This document shows positions 28,167 through 37,315 of a DNA stretch of 64,000 nucleotides, piece after piece. Source of the stretch: an uncultured bacterium. GTDB taxonomy: Bacteria; Chlamydiota; Chlamydiia; Chlamydiales; SM23-39. Below the pieces are notes generated by a model. The model saw only the letters and a program-made list of their open reading frames with translations. It did no database searches and was not told where the DNA came from. The position numbers and the translations under genes are program-made. The stretch spans positions 1,344,001 to 1,408,000 of the forward strand of contig OY970323.1 in NCBI GenBank assembly GCA_963716985.1, read 5' to 3'. The number at the start of each line of letters is the position of its first letter. Position 1 is the stretch's first letter.

Positions 28167-29999
28167 ATGTGCGGCATATTCGGGTACGTCGGCAAACGAG
28201 ATCCCCTAAAAACCTGTCTTCAAGGATTAAAGTTGTTAGAGTATAGAGGCTACGATTCTTCCGGGATTGCCGGTCTTCGGCAAGGAGAGTTGATCTCGTT
28301 CAAGGAGGTTGGCAAGGTCGCCATACTCGAAGAACAGATGAACCTTTTGGACCTAAAACTGGATCTTGCCATTGCCCACACCCGCTGGGCAACTCATGGG
28401 AAGCCCAACAAAACAAATGCCCACCCGCATTCGGACGAAAAATCGCAAATCTCATTAATACACAATGGGATCATCGAAAACTTTGACTTTTTGCGCACAA
28501 ATCTCCAGAAGAAAGGGGTTTGTTTTATTTCAGAAACCGATACCGAGGTCATTGCCCAGCTCCTTGCAGATCATTATGACGGCGAGCTTCTCCCTTCCGT
28601 CTGCCGCACGCTCCTTGAGCTCAAGGGAAGCTTTGCCATTGCCTTAATCCACAAAAATCACCCCGACACAATCGTTGCGGCATCTCGAGAAAGTCCTCTG
28701 GCCATCGGATATGATGACATGCACTCGGAAGCGATCATCTCCTCCGATCCCAACGCTTTTTTAGGCCATAATTTGAATGTCTTCTATTTAAAAAATGACG
28801 AAATCGCCCTTGTGCGAAAAAATTCCGTTGAAGTCTATGACATGCATCAACAGCCCATCCACAAGAAAACGGAAAAGATCCAAGCAGAAAACCTCTCCTT
28901 TTCCAAAGAGGGGTTTCCCCATTACATGCTCAAAGAAATATTCGAACAGCCCTTCACCATGCAAAAAGCCATGATCGAAAACCTCTCCGATGATGGCACA
29001 AACGCTGCCTTCAAAAACCTTCCCAACTTCGCAGAGGAACTGAGGAAAATCAACCGCATACTCATTATTGGCTGCGGCACCTCTTGGCATGCAGGATGCA
29101 TTGCCGTCTCTTTGTTCGAAGAGATGGCCCGTCTGCCCGCCAGTGCTGAAATTGCATCGGAGTTTCGCTACCGAACTCCCTTGATTTCCGACGACACGCT
29201 CATCATCGCTATCAGTCAATCCGGAGAAACTGCTGACACTGTGGGAGCCGTGCGCAAAATCAAAGCAAAAGGACACAAAATCTTTGGCATTTGCAATGTA
29301 AAAAATTCTACCCTCTCTAGAGAAGTGGACGGCTGTGTTTTTCTTCACGCAGGCCCTGAATTTAGCGTCTGCTCCACAAAAGCGTTTACCTCGCAGCTCA
29401 CCCTCCTGGCGCTCTTCTCTCTTTTTGCCGCGCGGTGCCGCCACATGGGAAAAGAGGAAGGAAGAGATTTCTTAAGCGAACTCAAAAAAATTCCACAGAA
29501 AATCAACGAAGTATTGAAACGTTCGAAAGAGATGGAACTTCTCGCCAAAAAATATAGCAAATTCGAGAACTTCTTTTTTCTTGGACGGCGCATGATGGTT
29601 CCCACCTGCATGGAAGCGGCCCTAAAGCTCAAGGAGATTTCCTATCTCAATGCAACAGCCTATCCGGCAGGAGAGTTGAAGCACGGTCCGATCGCGCTCA
29701 TCTCTCCCTCGTTGCCGGTCGTTGCCTTTTGCCAAAATGAACAAACCTATGAAAAGATGATCAGCAACCTCATGGAAGTAAAAGCAAGGGGCGCTCCCAT
29801 TATAGCGTTCGCAAGCTCAGAGGCCAAGGGCTTGTCCGCTATCGCAGATGACCTCTTTTATCTCCCCCCTGCCATCGATCTCCTCTCCCCTTTTATTTCT
29901 ACAATCGCCGGACAGCTCTTCGCCTATTACGTAGCAATCGAAAGGGGCACAGCAATTGACCAGCCGCGCAACCTTGCTAAATCCGTAACCGTTGAATAA
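28167..29999 (+). CDS. glmS: Glutamine--fructose-6-phosphate transaminase
   Basis: MCGIFG (Cys1), HTRWATHG, SQSGETAD, QPRNLAKSVTVE. Confidence 0.97.
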   Translation: MCGIFGYVGKRDPLKTCLQGLKLLEYRGYDSSGIAGLRQGELISFKEVGKVAILEEQMNLLDLKLDLAIAHTRWATHGKPNKTNAHPHSDEKSQISLIHNGIIENFDFLRTNLQKKGVCFISETDTEVIAQLLADHYDGELLPSVCRTLLELKGSFAIALIHKNHPDTIVAASRESPLAIGYDDMHSEAIISSDPNAFLGHNLNVFYLKNDEIALVRKNSVEVYDMHQQPIHKKTEKIQAENLSFSKEGFPHYMLKEIFEQPFTMQKAMIENLSDDGTNAAFKNLPNFAEELRKINRILIIGCGTSWHAGCIAVSLFEEMARLPASAEIASEFRYRTPLISDDTLIIAISQSGETADTVGAVRKIKAKGHKIFGICNVKNSTLSREVDGCVFLHAGPEFSVCSTKAFTSQLTLLALFSLFAARCRHMGKEEGRDFLSELKKIPQKINEVLKRSKEMELLAKKYSKFENFFFLGRRMMVPTCMEAALKLKEISYLNATAYPAGELKHGPIALISPSLPVVAFCQNEQTYEKMISNLMEVKARGAPIIAFASSEAKGLSAIADDLFYLPPAIDLLSPFISTIAGQLFAYYVAIERGTAIDQPRNLAKSVTVE

Positions 30000-30000
30000 C

Positions 30001-30597
30001 ATGACGCACAAAGCATCCCTAGCTGAAAAACAGAAAAAAAAAGAAGAAAGAGCCCTTCAAAAAAGCGAGCGCGTCTATCAAGGCAAGATCATCAATCTCC
30101 GGCTCGAAACACTTCTCTTCAAAAACAGAGAACCTACCTATCGAGAATATATAGAGCATCAAGGAGGCGTTGCCATCATCGCCATCGATCCTCAGGGAAA
30201 CTTGCTTTTCATCCAACAATATCGAAAAGCTGTCGATGAAATCCTTTTGGAAATACCCGCAGGTATTTTGGAAAAGGGAGAGGCTGCTTGCGATTGCGCT
30301 GCGCGCGAGCTTCAAGAAGAAACGGGATACAAGCCAGAGACACTCATTTCTCTTGGAGGTTTTTTTGTTTCTCCCGGTTTCTGTAATGAGTACATCCATC
30401 TTTTTTTAGCTCTTAACCTTAAAAAAAATCCCCTTCCATGCGACGATGATGAAGCCATCGATCTTATTCCCCTGTCGCTGCAAGAATTTTTTGTTCGTTT
30501 AGAAAAAAATGAAATTCGCGACTTAAAAACCATTGCCGCCGTTTTGCTCTACTTGCGATGGGAAACCCAAAAAAAAGAATCCAAAGACTTTTTATGA
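30001..30597 (+). CDS. NUDIX hydrolase (ADP-ribose pyrophosphatase-like)
   Basis: Nudix box GILEKGEAACDCAARELQEETG, QYR, SPG. Confidence 0.9.
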   Translation: MTHKASLAEKQKKKEERALQKSERVYQGKIINLRLETLLFKNREPTYREYIEHQGGVAIIAIDPQGNLLFIQQYRKAVDEILLEIPAGILEKGEAACDCAARELQEETGYKPETLISLGGFFVSPGFCNEYIHLFLALNLKKNPLPCDDDEAIDLIPLSLQEFFVRLEKNEIRDLKTIAAVLLYLRWETQKKESKDFL

Positions 30598-32054
30598 AAA
30601 AGATTTTGCTCCCCCTTCTTCTCCTCTCACTTTTAGCCCTGGCAATCTTTAGTCTTCCGGACATTCTCTCCTCTCCCACGGGCAAAAAATTTCTTTTGCA
30701 ACTCGCAGCTAAAAAGATGCATCAGCAAGTGAATGCGGAAGCGGTTCATTTTTCGTGGCTCGGCCCGCAAACGATCCAACAGATCGAAATAAAAAGCGAA
30801 AATTTTGCGCTTTCCATTGAAGAGTTTTCCACCGATCTTCCCTTTTGGAAGCTATCCTCTCTGTCCTCCTTCTCCTCAAAAACACTCTCTTCTTTGCGGA
30901 CAAAAACTGCCATAAAAAATGCTGCGCTGACGACCCATATTCCCGAGAGCCATTTTTCCCACATCAACTTGGCGATCACACATGAGGAAAATGCCCCCTT
31001 GCATATAGAGATGGAGGGCAGTAGTACAGAAGGGGGGAAAGTTTTTGTAAACCTTCTTACGGAAGATCTTGATTTTTCAAAAGCATCTTTAGATCTTTCT
31101 TGCCAAGACCTCCCCTCGGTTTTCTTAGATCGAATCGTTTCCCTATTTACCCAATTGCCGGACAGCTTTTTTTCCACTCTTTTAGGGAAAACCATCCAAC
31201 TGCAAGGATCGGCCCATATCGAAAACGAGAAGGGCACCCTTGCCCTTTCCCTTTCCTCTCCTCTGGTTTCTACCAAAATGAAAGGAGAGATCCGAGAGGG
31301 GATGGTTACTCTGCAAGAGGACTTGCAACTGGACGTTTTTCTCACCGAAACATTCAGCCAATATTTTCTCAAAGAGATGTCTCCCCTTTTTACATCAGCG
31401 CAATCTTCCAAAAAACCAATCCGCCTGACAATCTTTAAAGAGGGATTCGAATGCCCCTTTTCCCCCTTTTCTCTGAAGGAGGTCAAAGTGCAAAAATCCA
31501 TCCTTGATTTGGGTCAAATGAGGGCCAAAAATGCTGCAGGAGTTGGTTTGATTATGGGCATTATGAAGCTCCACCTTCCTTCCCACATGGAAGAGATGGA
31601 TGTTTGGGCAACTCCCGTCACGCTTTCTCTTTATGACGGAACGCTCTATACCGATCGGATGGATGTTCTTTTGGACAACTCGGTTCCTATTTGCACTTGG
31701 GGAACGATCGATCTGATCTCTAAAGAAGTGGACATGACCCTAGGGTTAACTGCCGAAGCCCTTCGAGAGACCTTTCGTTTTGCAAATCTTCCGGAAGACT
31801 ATGTACTGACCATTCCCGTCAAAGGAACGATCGACCATGTGAAGGTCGACAATTCCGTTGCCGCAGCAAAAATCGCCAAACTGATGGCAATGAAAGCGAC
31901 CAATGCGGGAGTTTTGAATAAGATTTTCGGAGGCATCATACAAGAAGACAATATTCCGCCTCCCAAGCGCCCCTTTCCCTGGGAAGGAAAGAGGCAAAAA
32001 CGACATTCGGAAGAAAAGCCCCTCGATCATCTCTTTGATCTTTTCCAGCAGTGA
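30594..32054 (+). CDS. Hypothetical membrane-anchored beta-rich protein (possibly AsmA-like)
   Basis: N-terminal TM anchor, long beta-rich body; ATGA overlap with the NUDIX stop. Confidence 0.6.
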   Translation: MKKILLPLLLLSLLALAIFSLPDILSSPTGKKFLLQLAAKKMHQQVNAEAVHFSWLGPQTIQQIEIKSENFALSIEEFSTDLPFWKLSSLSSFSSKTLSSLRTKTAIKNAALTTHIPESHFSHINLAITHEENAPLHIEMEGSSTEGGKVFVNLLTEDLDFSKASLDLSCQDLPSVFLDRIVSLFTQLPDSFFSTLLGKTIQLQGSAHIENEKGTLALSLSSPLVSTKMKGEIREGMVTLQEDLQLDVFLTETFSQYFLKEMSPLFTSAQSSKKPIRLTIFKEGFECPFSPFSLKEVKVQKSILDLGQMRAKNAAGVGLIMGIMKLHLPSHMEEMDVWATPVTLSLYDGTLYTDRMDVLLDNSVPICTWGTIDLISKEVDMTLGLTAEALRETFRFANLPEDYVLTIPVKGTIDHVKVDNSVAAAKIAKLMAMKATNAGVLNKIFGGIIQEDNIPPPKRPFPWEGKRQKRHSEEKPLDHLFDLFQQ

Positions 32055-32405
32055 TGTACATGGCAAACGGCAATCAGCTTTCACTCAAGTTGGAATGCCA
32101 CAACCGATCCATAAGGGAAGAGATGAACATTCTCTTGACTTACCTGCTCTATTATTCTGTGTATAAGTCACGTGTCAATTTTACAAACCTCTATTTACGC
32201 ACTTCTTACGCATTCCAAAAGAATTTATGAATCAGGTTTTATAAATTATGCTGGAGCAACAAGCAGTTAGGATTGCATTTTTTGAGTAGCGGTTGAGGAT
32301 TGAATATATTTTGAACAATCAGAATAGGCCCTGCATCAAAAATAAATTTATAAGCATCTAATTACAAGTCTTTTATGTAGCCATGATTGATAATCTTACA
32401 TATCA

Positions 32406-32434
32406 TTGCATGAAAATCGCACATCTGTTACAAT
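32406..32434 (+). promoter_or_regulatory. Promoter of TA module 2
   Basis: TTGCAT-17 bp-TACAAT with a TGn extension; GAGG RBS before 32457. Confidence 0.65.
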
Positions 32435-32456
32435 GAACATATCTTAAGAGGTTAAA

Positions 32457-33233
32457 ATGGGCGATACTTTAGGAGAAAAAATTCGATTGTTGCGAGAGGC
32501 TAAAGGCTGGCATCAGGATGAGCTCGCTCAAAAAGTGGGCTTAAGTCGCGAAATGCTTTCGAGTATTGAAAATAGTCACCGTCAAATAAAGGCAGAAGAA
32601 CTGAGTCGTTTTGCCGACATACTAGAAGTCAGCTCGGACCAACTTTTGGGTCGCATCCCTTTGGATGAAGTTAGTCTCACAAAACTATATCCAACGGAAA
32701 AAACAAGAGAAGCTATGAGAATTAGCGTACCGGCAAAAAATGTTCAAAAATTTCGAGAAGTTCTGTTGTATATCCTAAATAAAGTCGGAGCAAAAGCAAA
32801 TGTAGGCGAGACTGTTATTTATAAGTTCTTATATTTCATAGATTTTGATTTTTATGAAAAATATGAAGAGCAACTGATTGGCGCAACTTATAAAAAGAAT
32901 ATATATGGCCCAACTCCTATTGAATTCGCTGCGATCATAAACGAGATGGTTACAAATAAAGAAATCGAAAAAGTAAAAAGCTTATTCTATCGGAAGGAGC
33001 AAAGGAAATACTTACCTCTTCGCACGGCTTGTTTGGCTTCCTTATCAGCAAAAGAATTGAAACTCATAGATGAGGTCTTAGATCGTCTAAGTGATAAAAA
33101 TGCCTCTCAAATAAGTGAATATTCTCATGGAGATATTCCTTGGAAAGTTACAGAAGATATGGGGATTATTGATTACGAAACCGTTTTTTATCGAACTCCC
33201 GAATATAGCGTGAGAAGTACTGATGACGAGTAA
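32457..33233 (+). CDS. XRE-HTH plus Panacea (DUF4065/SocA-like) antitoxin
   Basis: N-terminal HTH; KFLYFIDF, YGPTP, SEYSHGDIPW Panacea-type motifs. Confidence 0.8.
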   Translation: MGDTLGEKIRLLREAKGWHQDELAQKVGLSREMLSSIENSHRQIKAEELSRFADILEVSSDQLLGRIPLDEVSLTKLYPTEKTREAMRISVPAKNVQKFREVLLYILNKVGAKANVGETVIYKFLYFIDFDFYEKYEEQLIGATYKKNIYGPTPIEFAAIINEMVTNKEIEKVKSLFYRKEQRKYLPLRTACLASLSAKELKLIDEVLDRLSDKNASQISEYSHGDIPWKVTEDMGIIDYETVFYRTPEYSVRSTDDE

Positions 33234-33600
33234 ATTTGCAAAAATTACAAGGGGAGACGGGTTCTCTAAAGATCTAAAACAGTTGCTCAAAAAATATCGT
33301 TCTCTTGAAGAAGATCTGGATAATTTCATCAAAGCACAACTCTTTGCTTTCCATAAATTACAGGTAGATAATCACGGGCTTTTTCCCATTAACAATTTAG
33401 GCTTTGAATCTCCTCAGGTATATAAGGCAAAAAAGTTTGCTTGCAAATCATTGAAGGGCAAGGGAGCTAAAAGCGGCATTCGAGTTATCTATGCCTACAT
33501 TCCTGAAACTGATGAAATATATCTGATAGAAATCTACTCCAAGAGCGATAAGGAAAATGAAAACCGAGAGAGAATCAAAGGTTTGTTTATTAGCGTTTAA
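33223..33600 (+). CDS. RelE/HigB-like toxin
   Basis: FSKDLKQLLKKYRSLEEDL, GKGAKSGIRVIYAY, IYSKSDKEN; overlaps the antitoxin stop. Confidence 0.75.
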   Translation: MTSKFAKITRGDGFSKDLKQLLKKYRSLEEDLDNFIKAQLFAFHKLQVDNHGLFPINNLGFESPQVYKAKKFACKSLKGKGAKSGIRVIYAYIPETDEIYLIEIYSKSDKENENRERIKGLFISV

Positions 33601-33743
33601 ACTGACTCTTGATCCATGTTCTCTCGCATTCCATAAGACATGACACAAGCTTGAAGATTGCGCTTGTGACTTGTTTCTTCTGCGTTACATAAGTCACATC
33701 TAAAAAATGAAATGAGATCTTTGTTTGATTACGCTGACTTCTT

Positions 33744-33845
33744 CTAGTGCTCTGTCATAGTTAAAATTTAGGATTATAAGTTTGGCAACGGTCGGCATAA
33801 ACTCAAGTCAATTTATCCTAAAATTAAAGAATGGCAGAGCACTAG
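33744..33845. mobile_element. 102-bp fold-back MITE, copy 3 (opposite orientation)
   Basis: Reverse complement of 12924-13025. Confidence 0.9.
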
Positions 33846-33904
33846 TTTAGCGCGTAAAATTTGCGTAAACTATTGCTTACGCAAAAAATTTTCAGACTAA
33901 TCTA

Positions 33905-34078
33905 TTCGGCAAATTCTCCTGTCAAATACCTCTGGTACAAGACCTGAGGCTTGCCCCTGATACAGGGACGTAGCATTCGAACATACACCATTGTTTGCAT
34001 GTCCTACCGTTAGGCGGGCAATTGACTGTGCCCTGCTTCACAGACTCAATGAGTAGTGAAGAGATTGCTTTTGCGAGC
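33905..34078 (-). ncRNA. Candidate structured ncRNA, possibly 6S RNA
   Basis: Ends pair (GCAA-TCTCTT with AGGAGA-TTGC); nested helices (TGAG/CTCA, GCAGGG/CCCTGT); promoter TTGTTT-16-TATACT upstream; hairpin plus T-run downstream; about 175 nt; no ORF. Confidence 0.5.
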
Positions 34079-34413
34079 AAATCGAGTATAGAATAGGAGA
34101 CGATTAAAACAAGAGCGATCTTTCATCTACCAGTACAAGGCTCGTGGTGTTCCCGATCATCATCATAAAATCGAGAAAATTCAATCAACCAAAAAAAGCT
34201 CAAAACCCAACCGTGTTCGATACTCTCTTCTATGTCAAAAGTGGTAAAAGTTAGGCGGCGGACATCCACGTGCGGAAGGGGAAAACAGTCTATTGCTTTG
34301 ATGAAGACAAACAACAACCTCAAAAGGAGCCCTCCGGGTAATTGATCAGTCAATCGCCCCAGATCTCTCAAGGAGATCCTCTTGCGATCATGCGTAACTG
34401 AAATCCCATCGCT

Positions 34414-34451
34414 ATTCAACCACTATGAACTAAAGTTCATAGTGGTTGAAT
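34414..34451. repeat. Perfect 17-bp-arm palindrome with TAAA loop
   Basis: ATTCAACCACTATGAAC-TAAA-GTTCATAGTGGTTGAAT. Confidence 0.85.
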
Positions 34452-34612
34452 GCAAGAAAAAAAATTTAAAAAAGATTTAAAGAATCCGGCTCTGAAAAAT
34501 TTTCTAAGAAAAAAACTTTGAGTTTCTGCATGACCCATCATATTCATGTCGTCCACACAAAGAGGCGCCTCTCAAAACCATTTTCCGATCTTGAAAGGCA
34601 TAGACTCTACAT

Positions 34613-36211
34613 TCATGAAGAGATCTCCTTCCATTCTTGATAATAGCTCTCCAAGAGATCCTTGATGCCCCTGCCTACTTTGGCGTAATCTTCATCGTCG
34701 CAATTTGCAAGAGAGATGCGCAAAGACCAAAGAGGGCCGCCGAAACCAAAGCCGGGCAAACAAATGGTTGCTTTTTTTTCTGCCAAATCAAAAAAGAAGC
34801 GCATCACCTGCTTTGACTCGAGATATTGGGCAAAATCCTCTCCATATTTTTTCCGGGAAATCGAGAGAAGATCGAGCATCGCATAATAGAAGGTATTTCC
34901 CTCCTCTTTAGGAGGCGTGAGCTCTAAATTTTTATAGAGAATACCCTTGCGCTTTTTTAATACCCTATGGACATTTTTTTTATAGACGTGGTTTTCGTCC
35001 ATCAGATCAAAAAGCGAGAGCAGCGCCATGAGACATTGCTGCGGGGTCGAAAGTCCTCCTGTATGAGCGAGCGCTTCTTCTCGGCTATCGGCAACCATCC
35101 TCTCAATAAAGGGAAAATGAGCAGAATCCAGAGTAATCGTGCGATACCGCTCGTGCAGCTTTTTCTTCACATTTTCGGGATGGTTTGCAATCAGGCGGTC
35201 CAGGACGTTCTTCTCATGAAGCATCACCACACCAAGACGCCAGCCGGTCACTCCAAAATATTTTGAATAGGAGTAGATGCAAATCGCATTTTCGGGGATT
35301 TCATCTACAAGGGAGCGAAAATGGTTTACAAAAGGAGCGTAGACCGTATCGGTCAAAACAATCAGATCCTGTCTTTCGGTACGCACAAGATCCACTAAAC
35401 GATCGAGCGATTTTCCTTCCAAAGCGACCGCGGTCGGATTGGTGGGATCGACAAGAAAAAGCGCTTTGATTTTTGGATTTTTTAACTTCTCCATTTCACT
35501 CTCCGGTATCTGCCACTGATCCTCTTCGGTTGTTTGAATGAAGATCTCTTGGAGCTGAAACTCCTGCAACTGGGGGATCTCCAAATAGGGAGAAAAGATG
35601 GGGGTGACAATGGCAATTTGATCCCCCTCGCAAAGAAGATCATTCATTTTCAAAGAAGAGAAGATGTAGATCATCGCTGCCGTTGCGCCCTCGGTTGCAA
35701 AAAGCAGATAGCGATCCTCTCTTGCTTTTTTCGCCAAGCAAAGCACCTTGTCCAGGTAGGCTTTCACGATCTTTTCTATGAAGGGCAAAATGCGGGGAGG
35801 CGTTGGATAAGAAGCTCCAAGAGCCGATTCGCACATCTCAAGAAAAAAATCCTCTTCGTTAAAGGAAAATCGCTCTATGGCAAAAGCGAGGGCATTTTTT
35901 AGAAACTCAAGGCCCGGAGTCTTTTCGGTTTTTTTTACAAAAGCTCCAAACTTTTCTCTCATCCCCTCTTTTTGGGGACGATAGCCCAAATCGGGATCTT
36001 TCGTTAAAGAATGGGCGAGCGAGGTAGAAAAAAGACTTAGCAGATCAAACGCTTCTCTAACTGTGGTATTGAGAAAATTCGGATTTCCTCTCCCTACATC
36101 CAAAAGATGGCATTCTTTGTTTTCCTCTCGCCGACTTTTACAGCACTCCTCAGCCAGAGAATGTAAAATGTTTTTAACCTCAAAAGGACTAATAAAAAGA
36201 TAGGGATCCAC
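34613..36211 (-). CDS. aspD: Aspartate 4-decarboxylase (PLP-dependent)
   Basis: ISPFE, GRGNPNF, FATEGATAAM, YSYSKYFGVTGWRLG, HTGGLSTPQQ, LRISLAN. Confidence 0.9.
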   Translation of the reverse strand: MDPYLFISPFEVKNILHSLAEECCKSRREENKECHLLDVGRGNPNFLNTTVREAFDLLSLFSTSLAHSLTKDPDLGYRPQKEGMREKFGAFVKKTEKTPGLEFLKNALAFAIERFSFNEEDFFLEMCESALGASYPTPPRILPFIEKIVKAYLDKVLCLAKKAREDRYLLFATEGATAAMIYIFSSLKMNDLLCEGDQIAIVTPIFSPYLEIPQLQEFQLQEIFIQTTEEDQWQIPESEMEKLKNPKIKALFLVDPTNPTAVALEGKSLDRLVDLVRTERQDLIVLTDTVYAPFVNHFRSLVDEIPENAICIYSYSKYFGVTGWRLGVVMLHEKNVLDRLIANHPENVKKKLHERYRTITLDSAHFPFIERMVADSREEALAHTGGLSTPQQCLMALLSLFDLMDENHVYKKNVHRVLKKRKGILYKNLELTPPKEEGNTFYYAMLDLLSISRKKYGEDFAQYLESKQVMRFFFDLAEKKATICLPGFGFGGPLWSLRISLANCDDEDYAKVGRGIKDLLESYYQEWKEISS

Positions 36212-36220
36212 GAAATCCTC

Positions 36221-37279
36221 TTAAGCAATCGTAATATCCTTAGAGAGATAAACGTCCTGAATCATATGGAGAAGCTCGACTCCTTCCTTCACAGGCTTTT
36301 GGAATGCTTTTCTTCCGGAAATCAGTCCCATGCCTCCGGCTCTTTTGTTGATAATTGCAGTGGCGGCAGCTTCGGCCAAATCATTTTTTCCGGAAGCGCC
36401 TCCGGAATTGATCAGACCGATTCTTCCCATGTAATTATTGATCACTTGATAGCGTGCAAGATCGATGGGATGGCCGGAGCTAAGCTGCGTATACATCGAC
36501 TCGCTAAATTTTCCAAATTTGATGGCTTTAAAGCCGCCATTGTTCGTCGGCAATTTTTGCTTGATGATATCTGCTTGAATAGTTGCTCCAAGATGGTTGG
36601 CCTGTCCGGTAAGGTCCGCCGATTCGTGGTAGTCCACTCCTTCTGCTTTAAATGCACTATTTCTTAGATAGCACCAGAGGATCGTACACATTCCCCATTC
36701 GTGTGCCATTTCAAACGCTTTGGACACCTCCACAATTTGGCGTCTGCTCTCTTGCGATCCAAAATAAATCGTCGCGCCCACTCCCACGCATCCCATGTCG
36801 TGCGCCTGCTTCATGGAAGCGAAAAGAACCTGGTCATAACTGTTTGGATAAGAAAGAAGCTCGTTGTGATTGAATTTTAAGATGAGAGGAATCTTATGCG
36901 CGTATTTGCGGGCGACAATCCCTAAAACGCCCGAAGTTGAGGCAACGCCATTACAGCCTCCCTCGATCCCAAGACGAACGATATTTTCAGGATCAAAGAA
37001 CTCGGGATTCGGAGCAAAGGAAGCTCCCGCAGAGTGTTCGATGCCCTGATCGACGGGCAGTATAGACAAATATCCGGTAGACGCGAGCCGCCCATGTTGA
37101 AAAAGAGCATGTAAACTTTTCAAGACGCGAATATTTCGATCGGAGGGGCCGAAAATGCGATCCACGAAATCGGGCCCCGGCAAATGAAGTTTTTCCTTTG
37201 GCACGGTTTTGCATTTGTGTTTCAGAAGATTTTCAGCTTCATCTCCTAAAAGAGCCTCAATTTTAGAAAGCGGCGACAT
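36221..37279 (-). CDS. fbaB: Class I fructose-bisphosphate aldolase (DhnA/FbaB)
   Basis: [38 protein letters not shown]. Confidence 0.95.
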   Translation of the reverse strand: MSPLSKIEALLGDEAENLLKHKCKTVPKEKLHLPGPDFVDRIFGPSDRNIRVLKSLHALFQHGRLASTGYLSILPVDQGIEHSAGASFAPNPEFFDPENIVRLGIEGGCNGVASTSGVLGIVARKYAHKIPLILKFNHNELLSYPNSYDQVLFASMKQAHDMGCVGVGATIYFGSQESRRQIVEVSKAFEMAHEWGMCTILWCYLRNSAFKAEGVDYHESADLTGQANHLGATIQADIIKQKLPTNNGGFKAIKFGKFSESMYTQLSSGHPIDLARYQVINNYMGRIGLINSGGASGKNDLAEAAATAIINKRAGGMGLISGRKAFQKPVKEGVELLHMIQDVYLSKDITIA

Positions 37280-37315
37280 ATCCCTACCTCATCGTTTGAT
37301 CAAAGACCAACTTTA

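Noticed and set aside
34123..34419. 98-aa minus-strand ORF
   Set aside because: Starts within the palindrome, no RBS, no recognisable motif.
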